Source: Planctomycetota bacterium (GTDB taxonomy: Bacteria; Planctomycetota; GCA-002687715; CAIWVZ01). Taken from it: 64,000 nt of DNA. The notes under the pieces were generated by a model that saw nothing but the letters and a program-made list of their open reading frames with translations, was not told the origin of the DNA and made no database searches. The stretch is taken from contig JBGANV010000004.1 in NCBI GenBank assembly GCA_044222185.1, forward strand, positions 128,001-192,000, read 5' to 3'. The position numbers were made by a program, and so were the translations under genes. This document shows positions 28,409 to 38,947 of this stretch, in pieces; positions within the stretch are counted from its first letter, which is position 1, and each line of letters begins with the position of its first letter.

Positions 28409-29017
28409 TCACTTCCTCAACGCGGCCACCTCCCGCTGAATCCCGTCCAGCCGCCGCAGAGCCTCGTCCAGGCGTGAATCGGCCGGCAGGGAGCGCTTGC
28501 CGTGGAGGTAGACGTTTCCGTCGGGAGACATCACGGCGCGATCCACTTCGTCGAGGGAATCGAAGCCACGCTCGTGCGCTTTCAGCAGGATCTCCGTGTG
28601 ATTCATGCGCAGGCGGCTCAGGAGCGCGTCGTTCACGCGACCTTCGCTGATCAGCACGACGTCACCGCCCGCCTCGGCGGCGAGCGCGCGCCGTGGACCG
28701 CGATAGGAGAGGCGGAGGGCGATGGCATTGGTCGCAAAGAGCGTGGCGACGCCGATCATGCCGCCGACGAGCGAGGTGTCATTGCCGATGATCGCGTTCT
28801 GGACCGTGTTCGAGAGCATCAACAGGATCACGAGGTCGAACGGATTCAGTTGGGCCAGGACGCGTCGGCCGAACGCGCGCAGGCCGATCAGGAGCACGGA
28901 ATAGACGACGACGGCGCGAATGACCTTCTCTGTGACCGTCACCGGCGAGACGGTCGAATCCACCGTGCCCAGGTGCACGAGGTTTTGCCAGAGGTTCGTC
29001 CAGAACGCGTGATCCAT
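28409..29017 (-). CDS. DUF421 / YetF family membrane protein
   Basis: GRRVLAQLNPFDLVILLMLSNTVQNAIIG.DTSLVGG. Confidence 0.88.
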   Translation of the reverse strand: MDHAFWTNLWQNLVHLGTVDSTVSPVTVTEKVIRAVVVYSVLLIGLRAFGRRVLAQLNPFDLVILLMLSNTVQNAIIGNDTSLVGGMIGVATLFATNAIALRLSYRGPRRALAAEAGGDVVLISEGRVNDALLSRLRMNHTEILLKAHERGFDSLDEVDRAVMSPDGNVYLHGKRSLPADSRLDEALRRLDGIQREVAALRK

Positions 29018-29249
29018 GGTCGTCGCTCCTCGATCGAGCGTCGGCCGCCGGCGTCCGGTGGAAGCCGGCCGGCCAGTTGCCCGACGCGTCGTGTGACTCC
29101 GGTTCTACCTGCCAAGCCTCGGGTGCACGGGCCCACGGCGGGTCGTTCCGCGTCCGCCCGTGGTTACCGTCACGGCGCGGATCCGGTTGGCGGGTCCGGC
29201 GATCGCCCATCGATGCCTGACGCGAGCCCTTCGGCCGGAGCCCCTACGC

Positions 29250-29855
29250 ATGAGCTTCTGGGACACCCGATACAGCGCCTCCGAGTTCGTGTACGGCAAG
29301 GAGCCGAACGACTTCCTGCGACAAAGCGCCCCGCAGATCCCAAAGGGACCCGTGCTCGCGCTCGCCGACGGCGACGGCCGCAACGGCGTATTCCTCGCGA
29401 AATGCGGCCATGACGTCCACGCGGTCGACCTCTCCGCCGTCGGACTGAAGAAGGCCAGCGCCTACGCCCTCGCCGAGGGAGTCCGCATCACGACCCAAGT
29501 CGCCGATCTCGCCGACTACGCCATCGAGCCCGCAGCCTGGAGCGGCATCGTCTCCATCTCGGCGCACCTCCCGGCCCCGGTTCGTCGCGCCTTGCATCGC
29601 CGGGTCGTGAGCGGCCTCCGTCCCGGCGGCCTCTTCATCCTGGAAGCGTTCACCCCGCGACAACTCGAGATCGGTGGCGTCGGCGGCCCCGGACCGGCGC
29701 ACCCTGACTTCTACATGTCCCTGGCGGATCTCCGCGTCGAACTCGCCGGCCTGGAGTTCATTCACGAGGAGGAGCTGGACCGAGACGTGAACGAGGGAGC
29801 CTTCCATCGAGGCCGGGCTGCCGTCGTGCAAGTGATCGCGCGGCGACCTGCCTGA
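29250..29855 (+). CDS. Class I SAM-dependent methyltransferase (TehB-like)
   Basis: FWDTRY...YGKEPNDFL; VLALADGDGRNGVFLA; LRPGG. Confidence 0.9.
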   Translation: MSFWDTRYSASEFVYGKEPNDFLRQSAPQIPKGPVLALADGDGRNGVFLAKCGHDVHAVDLSAVGLKKASAYALAEGVRITTQVADLADYAIEPAAWSGIVSISAHLPAPVRRALHRRVVSGLRPGGLFILEAFTPRQLEIGGVGGPGPAHPDFYMSLADLRVELAGLEFIHEEELDRDVNEGAFHRGRAAVVQVIARRPA

Positions 29856-30074
29856 CGTCCGATCCTTCGTGTCGCCTCGAATGCCGTTCGGACCCGCGGC
29901 TTACTTCCACCGCCGGCGAGCGTCTCCAGTGCCGGCGTTCCCGCCGCCGCCGTCCCGGGGGAATTGGCTTGCCAGCTTCGCCGTCATGCCCTTAAGCTCT
30001 TGGCTCAAAGGACTGAGCGAAGATCGCCGACGACGGATATGCGATTCGGTCGAACGATCGGAACGGACAACGAC

Positions 30075-31301
30075 ATGAGATCAATCCAATCGGCCTTGCG
30101 GATCGGGCTCTGGCTCACCGCGGCCGCCGGAGCGAGCTGGGCCCTGGGGTGTCCTCAGGGTGACGGCGCGACGAGCGGCAGCGCAACCTTCGAGCCACAC
30201 GCGGTCAGAACCTGGGACATCGTTCTCCCGGAGGAGCGCTTCCCCGATCTCGGTGCCGGCGTGGTGCTGCCTCACGACGGCGGCGATCGCTTCGCGGCGG
30301 TCGACGACGGCGGGCTCCTCAAGGTCGACATCAACGGCGACGGCACGCCGGAGGCGCGCGTCGAGGGGACGGCAGGCCACGTCACCTTCAGCGCCAAGAC
30401 GAAGGAAGGCGCGCCGTTGTCGTACTCGGTCCGCCTGACGCGCATGTCGGATGGTCCGTGGAAGTACGGCGTCGGCGGCGTCATGTCGGGCATGGTCGAC
30501 GGCGTCCAGGTGCGCCTCATCGACCAGAACCTGAATGGATCGTTCAACGACGTGGGCGAGGACGCCATCGTCGTCGGCCGCGAGAACGTGGCGAGCTATC
30601 TGTCGTCGGCGATCAACGTCAACGGCAAGCTGTACGCGATCGAGGTGGCTCGTGACGGTGCCAAGCTTTCGTGGAAGCCGTTCGAGGGCGCGACCGCCAA
30701 GGTCGACTTCACCGGAAGCTTCACGTGCAAGGCCCTGCTGCGCGCGGCGATCGTGAAGAGCGCTGACGGCAAGTTCTCCTTCAACGTCTCCAAGTCCGCC
30801 GGCGGAATGCTCGTTCCGGCCGGCGACTACACCCTGACGTCAGGGCAGCTCGCGCTTCACGACAGCGTCGCCACGTTGAAGCGCGGTCGCTCGAAGCCAT
30901 TCGCGGTGAAGGCCGGCGAGACGTTCACGCCCAAGTGGGGCGGGCCTGTGACGGCGGAGTTCGGCTTCTCCCGCATGGGGGACAAGCTCGTCTTCACGCC
31001 GTGGGACATCTGGTACTACGGCGAACTCGGCGAGGAGTACTCGAACTTCCTGCCGCTTGGCACGTCGCCCGAGTTCACGATCAAGAAGAAGGAGGGCGGC
31101 GAGACGATCGCCGTCGCCAAGTTCCCCGGGAACTGTTGAGGCTTCGGATTCACGCGGGTCGCCGTGAGCGTCCCCACCAACACCGAAGTCACGATCACGA
31201 TGAAGGCCGACAACTGGGCGTTCGGAACCGTCGAAGGGTCGCCGCGTGGCGCTGGATCCACCTCGGATCGCCCGCTCGGGACGGAGAAGCCTTCGCGCTG
31301 A
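30075..31301 (+). CDS. Secreted hypothetical protein, candidate selenoprotein (Cys-Sec at TGA 31137-31139); 30075-31139 if there is no read-through
   Basis: Signal peptide; Ca-binding-like loops DINGDG and DQNLNGSFND; KFPGNC-TGA-GFGFTRVAVSVPTNTEVTITMKADNWAFGTVEG; SECIS-like hairpin follows the TGA. Confidence 0.78.
31149..31168 (+). promoter_or_regulatory. Putative bacterial SECIS element
   Basis: UUCACG-CG-[GGU]-CG-(C bulge)-CGUGAG hairpin; the GGU loop begins 17 nt after the UGA. Confidence 0.65.
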
Positions 31302-31327
31302 TCGGACCGCCCGTTCGAGAATCGCTC

Positions 31328-31350
31328 CGCGGCGGAGTCGCTCCGCCGCG
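31328..31350 (+). other. Perfect 10-bp GC hairpin downstream of the extended ORF
   Basis: CGCGGCGGAG-TCG-CTCCGCCGCG. No U-tract, so not called a terminator. Confidence 0.6.
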
Positions 31351-31451
31351 CCGACGTACGGAACCGCGCACTCTTCAGTCCCATGCTCGCCGCTGACCGA
31401 CGTGCCGTCGGTCGTCCATCCGTGTCACCAACCTCACTCAACGTGCCCGCG

Positions 31452-33836
31452 ATGCGCGCGCTTCGCTCCGGGCCAGGGATCGCCTCGTCGCTCGCCGCGG
31501 CGTTCCTCCTGGCCATCGTGTTCGGGCTGCTCGCATGGTCCGCTCGCGCCCAGGAAGAGGACCCTCCTCCTCCGCCGGCGGATCAGTCGACCGAGGACGT
31601 CAACACGTCCAAGACGGGGATCGCGAAGATCCCCGTGCGGGTCGTCAACGGCCGCCTCGTCGTCAACTGCCAGCTCGCCGCGCGTCGCCGCGTCCCGGTG
31701 AATCTGTTCATCGACCTGGAGGCGCCCGTGGGGCTGCTCCTCCACAACCGGGCCGCATCCGGCATCGTCGCCGAAGAGGACGACGGCACGCCGAACGTGA
31801 TCACGATCAACCTGCCGGACTTGAACATGAAGGTCCCGCAGCGTGAGGTCGGCGAAGAAGAACCCTTCGAGCGATTCACCAAGTGGTACTCGAAGGAGCT
31901 CGGGGAGCAGGCGGTCGTCGGAACGCTCGGCGCGAAGGTGCTGTCCCAGTACCACGTCGTCCTCGACCTCCGTCACGGGATGATGGAGCTGTCAGCGCCC
32001 CACGACCCCGATCCGAAGGCCGCCGAGCCGATCAAGGGTTCGTACGTGACGCCGGTGACGCTCGTGAACGACGTGGTTTGGGCGTCCGTCTCCTACGGCG
32101 CCGGCCGCCGTGGCGCGTTCGGCGTGGGAACCGCCAAGTATGACACCTGGATCGATGCGGGTATCTGCGACGAGCTGCACAAGCCCGCCGGGGACGTCGG
32201 CGAGGTCAAGTTCGGTCCGTTCGACCTCGCGAAGTTCGTCCCCTTCCGCCCCGAGGAGATCCGCCAGATACACCCCGACGGCGTCTTCGGCATGTCGGGT
32301 CTGAACCTCCTCCAGCACTTCCGCGTGGAGATCGATCGCGTCAATCGCGTCGCGCGCTGGACGAACACCGCGCCGCCGCGTTTCCCGAAAGCCGATCTGG
32401 CGTACTTCATCGCGCGGGCGAAACACGAGCCGGGTGCCATCGAGGGCTGGCTCGACGCCAACCAGAAGGAACGTCTCGCGCCCGAGGCGGCGGACCTGCT
32501 CGTCGACATGCGGCTCGATGCGCTTGCCGACGACGGCGCCATGCGCAAGGCGATGGACTGGGTGATGAAGACCCGACCCGAGGACCTTCAGACGACTGGC
32601 GCCCTCGAGCTCATGAAGAAGATGTTCCAGTCCGCGCGGCCCGACTACGTCCTCGCCGCGGCCACGCTCGGACTGAAGAACCCCCGCGCGGACCGGTATC
32701 CGGATTCCGTTCACAAGGTCCACGCGCGCATGGGGTCCGTACTTCTCGACCAGGGCAAGGGGCTCGAGGCCTGGCGGCATCTGCTTTCCGCGGCGTTCGG
32801 GATGCCCGACGATGGACCGCTGAACCTGGACCTCGCCCGGTACTACGAAGGCGAGAAGCGCTGGTTGCGGGCCTACTCGCGCTACGTGCAGGCGCTGCTC
32901 TCCGCCGACAGCGGCCCGCGTGCGATCGACGGGCTCGAGCGTGTCGGGCAGAAGCTCGACGAGCCGTTCTCCGTCGACGCCATCGAGAAGCTGATCGAAG
33001 GCAAGGTCGAGGGGTTCGGCGCCGCAGCTCGCTACAAGCCCGAATCCCGCCGATCCACGAAGAAGATCCCGCTCGTCGAGATCTTCACCAATGCCCACTG
33101 GATCGGGGAGAGCGGCATGGCTCTCGGAGCCGACGGCGTTCGGGATCACTTCGGCGACCACGCGATCCAGCTCGTCTACCACGTTGCGGAGGGTGAGCTG
33201 GAGCCCGAGCCTCTCGTCAACGCGGCGAGCGTCGCGGCGTTGGACGCGGCCCGTGAACGCAACGAATCCATGGACGCGTTGGCCGGGTTCGTGGATGGAG
33301 TGGTCCCCATCCCGCCGGGCGCCCCCGCGCGGTTCAAGGCGAAGGTGTTCGACGCCTACAAGAGCGCCGTGATGTCGCGCATCGACCTGCCGACCGACTA
33401 CACGATCGAGCTCACGGGTGAAGCCAACGCGCGCGGACTCACGGGGAGGGTCGTCGTCCGCGGCGAGCAGCGGCCCGACGTCCACCTGGAGATCCTCCTC
33501 GTGGAGCGGGGCGTGCTCTTCCCGGGGAAGAGCAAGGTCGTCATCCAGCGCAACGTCGTGCGCGCCCACCTGCTCGGCGATGGCGAAGGCGAGCCGCTCG
33601 CGATCAAGCAGGGGACCATGACCGTTCCATTCTCCGCCGTGTTCGCCGACGTCCAGAAAGCCAACGCCGACTTCCTCGAAGCGCAAGAAAAGGCGGGCAA
33701 GGCGAGGACGCCGCGCTCGCCGGTGAGGATCGACCCGCGGCAGGCAACGATCGTCGCGCTCGTGCGTAACGCGGGGAGCGGCGAGGTCTACCAGGCGGCG
33801 AAGCTCGTCCCCACGTTCAAAGAGGATGCGAAGTGA
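31452..33836 (+). CDS. Secreted protein: tandem degenerate retropepsin-like domains, TPRs, and an Omp28/DUF1223-like thioredoxin-fold domain
   Basis: FIDLEA...GTLGAKVLSQYHVVLD and GMSGLNLLQHFRVEID; TPR helices; LVEIFT...LVYH...FVDG...RNVVR. Confidence 0.75.
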   Translation: MRALRSGPGIASSLAAAFLLAIVFGLLAWSARAQEEDPPPPPADQSTEDVNTSKTGIAKIPVRVVNGRLVVNCQLAARRRVPVNLFIDLEAPVGLLLHNRAASGIVAEEDDGTPNVITINLPDLNMKVPQREVGEEEPFERFTKWYSKELGEQAVVGTLGAKVLSQYHVVLDLRHGMMELSAPHDPDPKAAEPIKGSYVTPVTLVNDVVWASVSYGAGRRGAFGVGTAKYDTWIDAGICDELHKPAGDVGEVKFGPFDLAKFVPFRPEEIRQIHPDGVFGMSGLNLLQHFRVEIDRVNRVARWTNTAPPRFPKADLAYFIARAKHEPGAIEGWLDANQKERLAPEAADLLVDMRLDALADDGAMRKAMDWVMKTRPEDLQTTGALELMKKMFQSARPDYVLAAATLGLKNPRADRYPDSVHKVHARMGSVLLDQGKGLEAWRHLLSAAFGMPDDGPLNLDLARYYEGEKRWLRAYSRYVQALLSADSGPRAIDGLERVGQKLDEPFSVDAIEKLIEGKVEGFGAAARYKPESRRSTKKIPLVEIFTNAHWIGESGMALGADGVRDHFGDHAIQLVYHVAEGELEPEPLVNAASVAALDAARERNESMDALAGFVDGVVPIPPGAPARFKAKVFDAYKSAVMSRIDLPTDYTIELTGEANARGLTGRVVVRGEQRPDVHLEILLVERGVLFPGKSKVVIQRNVVRAHLLGDGEGEPLAIKQGTMTVPFSAVFADVQKANADFLEAQEKAGKARTPRSPVRIDPRQATIVALVRNAGSGEVYQAAKLVPTFKEDAK

Positions 33837-35337
33837 GCGGAGGTCCGGGCGATCGTCGAGGAGAGTTCGAGCGCGTCGGCGAACGCGCGTCGCGCGAGAT
33901 CCTTCGTCATGAGGTGTGGGCTGCAGCGCTGAGAGCCATCCGCGTGTCGAGCCCTTGGGTCGTCGTCGGGCCCGCCGTCGCTCTGCTCGTGCACGCGGGC
34001 GAACGCCTCGTCGGCGCGGGACAATTCGCCGTCCCGCTCGAGGTGATGATCGGCTCTGCGGTGTTGCCGTCGCTGCTGTTTGCAGGCATCGCCGTCGCCA
34101 CGCACCTCATGCGCAGCGCCGACCCGATCTCCGGCCTCGAGATTCTCGACCACGAACTTCGTGCCGCTGACCGCATGCGGACGGCGCATGACTTCCTCGG
34201 ACATCGCGACCTGACACCGTTCGAAGCTGCCGCAGTCGAGGACGGTGAAGCGATGATCGAACGCGCGCGGGCGCACGCGCTCGCTCGATCGGCGGCGGGG
34301 GAGTGGGACCTCCGCGTGGTGGCATTCTGGGCGCTGGCCGCGCTCCTCGTCGTGTTCGGCATGAGCACGGCGCCGCGCGGTGAACGCCCGGAGCCGCGAC
34401 CGACGGTCGGGGGCGGCGGCACGAAGGTCGCCGAGGCGTCCTCGCCGCGAGCCGACTCCCGCAAGGTCCCCGCGCCCGACAAGTCGACGGAGGTCGCTCG
34501 CGACGCGCGCACCGATCGCAAGTCGGAGGCCGCGACCCGACCGGCTGCGACGAGTCGTCCCACGAACCCCGAGCCCGAGCTCGCCGAACGGAAGAGCTCC
34601 GGAAAGACGGGCGACGGGAAGTCGTCCGCGGCCGCGACGCCCGCCAATCAATCGACGCAGAGCCAGGGGTTCCCGTCGTCCCCCAGCGAGACGAACGACA
34701 AACCGACGCCGACGAAAACCGTGGCGAAAGCTCCCAAGCCGAAACCACCGCCGAAGCCCGGCGACCCGCCGAAGAAGAAGGTGGACGAGCCATCCGGCTC
34801 GACGGCCGGCCGCGGCGTCGGAAGCGGCGCCAGCAAGAACCCGGGCGCCACCGAATGGGCGAGCAAGGATCAGGTCACGGACGACCGCGAGGATCCGCCC
34901 GAGGACGAAGTGGACGTCGACGAGGAGATGGACGAGTCGGAGAACCGGGGCGGCGTCCAGCCGAGCTTGCGCGATCGTCGTCCAGCGGTGAATCGCGACC
35001 TCACCATCGGGTTCGGAAACCGTCCCAGTCCCGACGCCAACGGTCGCGGTGGCCCGTCGCAGGAACAGAAGAAGTCCCGCGGCGTCGCGTCACTCGTGCT
35101 CGGCGTCCCCATCCCCGATCACGTCAAAGGCAAACCTGGTCCCGGTAGGACCAAGATCACGCAGGAGCGGGTCGAGCCGCGTCCCGAAGACGCCGCGCCC
35201 GCCGATGCTCTCGCCCGCGCGCCGCGCGCGGGGAAGTCCGGTCAGCTCGCGCACCCGGACCTCGCGCCGTGGATGCGCGAGGTCGTCCGTCGGTTCTTCG
35301 TCTCGCAACGTCAGCTCACCAAGGAGCAGGAACGTCC

Positions 35338-35341
<4 letters not shown>
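33833..35341 (+). CDS. Membrane protein with a low-complexity Pro/Ser/Lys-rich tail (MoxR operon accessory)
   Basis: Three hydrophobic segments; LD..L...DRMRTA; C-terminal REVVRRFF; GTGA and ATGA overlaps with its neighbours. Confidence 0.8.
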
Positions 35342-36366
<1,025 letters not shown>

Positions 36367-36380
36367 GCCTGGCGACTCCA

Positions 36381-37283
36381 TTGAACGCAGCCCGAACGAT
36401 CTCGCGCGACGATCTCTGCGACCCCGCGTTCCTCGCGGCGTTGCAGAACCTCCAACTCGTCGCCCGCCGCGTGGCTCCCCGCGGACGCTTCGCCGAGCAG
36501 CGCTCGCGCGCCATCGGCGGCGGCATCGAGTTCAAGGACTTCCGCCCCTACGCGCCGGGCGACGACCTGCGCGGCGTCGACTGGAACATCTACCGGCGAC
36601 TTGGCCGCGTGTTCCTGCGGCTGTTCGAGGAGACGGAGGACCTTCCCCTCTATCTCTTGCCCGACGTCTCCGAGAGCGCGTGGTTCGAGACCCCGCCGCG
36701 TGCGCTCGCTGGGTTGCGGTGCGCGCTCGGCCTCGCCTCGGTGAGTCTGGGGCAACACGACCGCGTCGGCGTCTTCCCGTTCGCGGACGATCTGGCGACG
36801 CTCATCCGGCCACAGGCCGGGAAGGGGCGCATCCTCGACATCGCACGCCGCGTGGCGGAGGTAAAGCCCGGCGGAGCGACCGATCTCCCGAAGGCGCTCG
36901 ATCGATTTGCGGCGCTCGGGCTCCGCGAGGGCCTCGTTTGCGTGATCTCCGACTTCTTCGACCCGCAGGGGATCGACGCCATCGTCGAGTCACTCATGCG
37001 CGTTCGCCATCGCCTGTTGCTCGTGCAGCTCTTCCGCAAGAGCGATGCCGAGCCGGTCGCGGGCGGTGACGTTCGCATGGTCGATTGCGAGTCGGGGGCG
37101 ATCGTCGACGTTTCGGTGACGCCCACCGTCGTCGAGCGCTACCGCGCTGCCGTGGCGCGATTCCAGGAGAAGCTCGTCACGTTCTCCCGTGCGCGAGGCG
37201 TGGGGCTCCTGCGCCTGGACGTGGAAGTCGACGTGCTCCACCAGCTCTCCGTCCTGTTCGAGAGCGGGAGGCTCGTCGTATGA
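36381..37283 (+). CDS. DUF58 domain protein
   Basis: EFKDFRPYAPGDDLRGVDWN; DVSES; ISDF. Confidence 0.93.
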   Translation: MNAARTISRDDLCDPAFLAALQNLQLVARRVAPRGRFAEQRSRAIGGGIEFKDFRPYAPGDDLRGVDWNIYRRLGRVFLRLFEETEDLPLYLLPDVSESAWFETPPRALAGLRCALGLASVSLGQHDRVGVFPFADDLATLIRPQAGKGRILDIARRVAEVKPGGATDLPKALDRFAALGLREGLVCVISDFFDPQGIDAIVESLMRVRHRLLLVQLFRKSDAEPVAGGDVRMVDCESGAIVDVSVTPTVVERYRAAVARFQEKLVTFSRARGVGLLRLDVEVDVLHQLSVLFESGRLVV

Positions 37284-38947
37284 CTTTCGGGCTCATGCCC
37301 CTCTGGGCGGTGTTCGCCGGGACGGCCGTTCTGGCCGGCCTCTTGTTCCTGCTCCAACGACTGCGCGTGCGCTACCAGGAGCGCCGCGTCGTCACGACGA
37401 TCTTCTGGAAGGAGGCCGTCGAGGAGGCGCAGGCGCGCGTGCTCGTCAAGCGCTTCCGCCATCCCTGGGCGTACGCCCTCATCCTCGCGATCGCCGCGGC
37501 GATCTGGCTGTCGGCCGGGGCACCGGAACTCGACGCGAGTCACGAACGCACCACCGTTCTCGTTCTCGCCAACGCGATGGCACCGCAGGGTCCCCGCGCG
37601 CGGCTCGCTCACGACGCCGTCATCGAGAGACTCGCCAGCCTTCCCCGCGATCGCGCGCGCGTCGTCGCCGCCGCGGGGGGCCGGGTCAAGACCCTGCTCG
37701 ACTTCGGCGAGGAGATCCCGCTCCTGGACCGCCGACTGGCGGCAACGACGAAGGAGCCGGCGGCTTCGTCCGTGCGGGATGCGGTCCGGGACGCACTCCT
37801 CTCCGCCGATCCGACGCATCCCGTCGACGTGCTCGTCTTCGGCGACGACCCGTTCGAGGCCTCGACGGTCTCGGTGCCGCCCGCATTCGCAACGGTGCGC
37901 CGCGTGCCGCTCGCTGGCGCGGCGATCGCCGATGGTGGCGTGACCGCGCTCGGCGTTGGCGAGGCTCGATCGGGCGCCTGGTCGAAGGTCGACGTCGTCG
38001 CGCACCTGCAGGGCACGGACGCGGCGGCCTGCCGCGTGCTGCTCGACGGCAAGCCGCTGGGCGAGGCTCGCATCGAAGCTGACGGTGGGGGTGTGCGTAT
38101 CGCCGTGCCTGACGTGGAGGCCCGCGGCGGCGTGCTCGAAGTGCGTCGCGAAGGCGCACCCGATGCGGTGCCGGCGAACGACTCGGTGCGCATTCGCCTG
38201 CCCGATCGCCCGCGCATCCACGTCGCGGTCGCGCCTTCCGTCCCGGCCGTCGTCAAGGCGGCGCTCGTCGCCGACGAGTCCGTGCTCGTCACGGACGATG
38301 CTCCGGCCGTCCGCGTGCGAGCGGCGGGCGACTCGTTCGGCGGTGCGGGTCCGGCGTTGGAGCTCGTTCCGGCGGTCAATCAGGACGCGGCGTTCCGGGT
38401 CCAGGTGACGGGCGATTCGGACGCCGATGCGGAACTCCGCCACGCGTTCGACGAACTGGGCCTGGGCGAGATCGACGGGACGTCACTCGCGGATCAAGCC
38501 CGTCGCCCCGTGACCGTCGATCTCGTCCGCGGACCGACGCCCATGGTTTCGATCTGGTCCGAGCTCGTGGGCGACGGATTCGACTTCACCCAGTCGCGAG
38601 CCTTTCCCCTGTTCCTCTCGCGCGCGGTGCGCATGCTGGCGGGGCAGCCGCGGCTTCGGGAGACTGCGGCCGCGGGTGACGTCATCGTCGAGCCCTGGAC
38701 GAACCCCCAGGGGCGCAGGATCGATCCGCTTCGAGGCGTCGCCCACATCCCGAGCGTCGGTGAGTACGCCGACGCTGGCGGGCGGCCGTTCACGGCGTCG
38801 CTCGTCGGAGTGCAGGAACCCACGGCGGCTGCTCCGCTGACGCAGAACGGAACGTCGAGCGTGTCGCTCTCGACGTGGATCGCGGCCTTCGCGATCCTCC
38901 TTCTCGTGGCCGAGTGGAACCTGCTCCGGAAGGGACGGATTCCGTGA
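37280..38947 (+). CDS. BatA-domain / degenerate VWA membrane protein
   Basis: N-terminal BatA-like LLQRLRVRYQERRVVTTIFW; AFPLFL; C-terminal transmembrane segment LLLVAEW. Confidence 0.85.
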   Translation: MTFGLMPLWAVFAGTAVLAGLLFLLQRLRVRYQERRVVTTIFWKEAVEEAQARVLVKRFRHPWAYALILAIAAAIWLSAGAPELDASHERTTVLVLANAMAPQGPRARLAHDAVIERLASLPRDRARVVAAAGGRVKTLLDFGEEIPLLDRRLAATTKEPAASSVRDAVRDALLSADPTHPVDVLVFGDDPFEASTVSVPPAFATVRRVPLAGAAIADGGVTALGVGEARSGAWSKVDVVAHLQGTDAAACRVLLDGKPLGEARIEADGGGVRIAVPDVEARGGVLEVRREGAPDAVPANDSVRIRLPDRPRIHVAVAPSVPAVVKAALVADESVLVTDDAPAVRVRAAGDSFGGAGPALELVPAVNQDAAFRVQVTGDSDADAELRHAFDELGLGEIDGTSLADQARRPVTVDLVRGPTPMVSIWSELVGDGFDFTQSRAFPLFLSRAVRMLAGQPRLRETAAAGDVIVEPWTNPQGRRIDPLRGVAHIPSVGEYADAGGRPFTASLVGVQEPTAAAPLTQNGTSSVSLSTWIAAFAILLLVAEWNLLRKGRIP

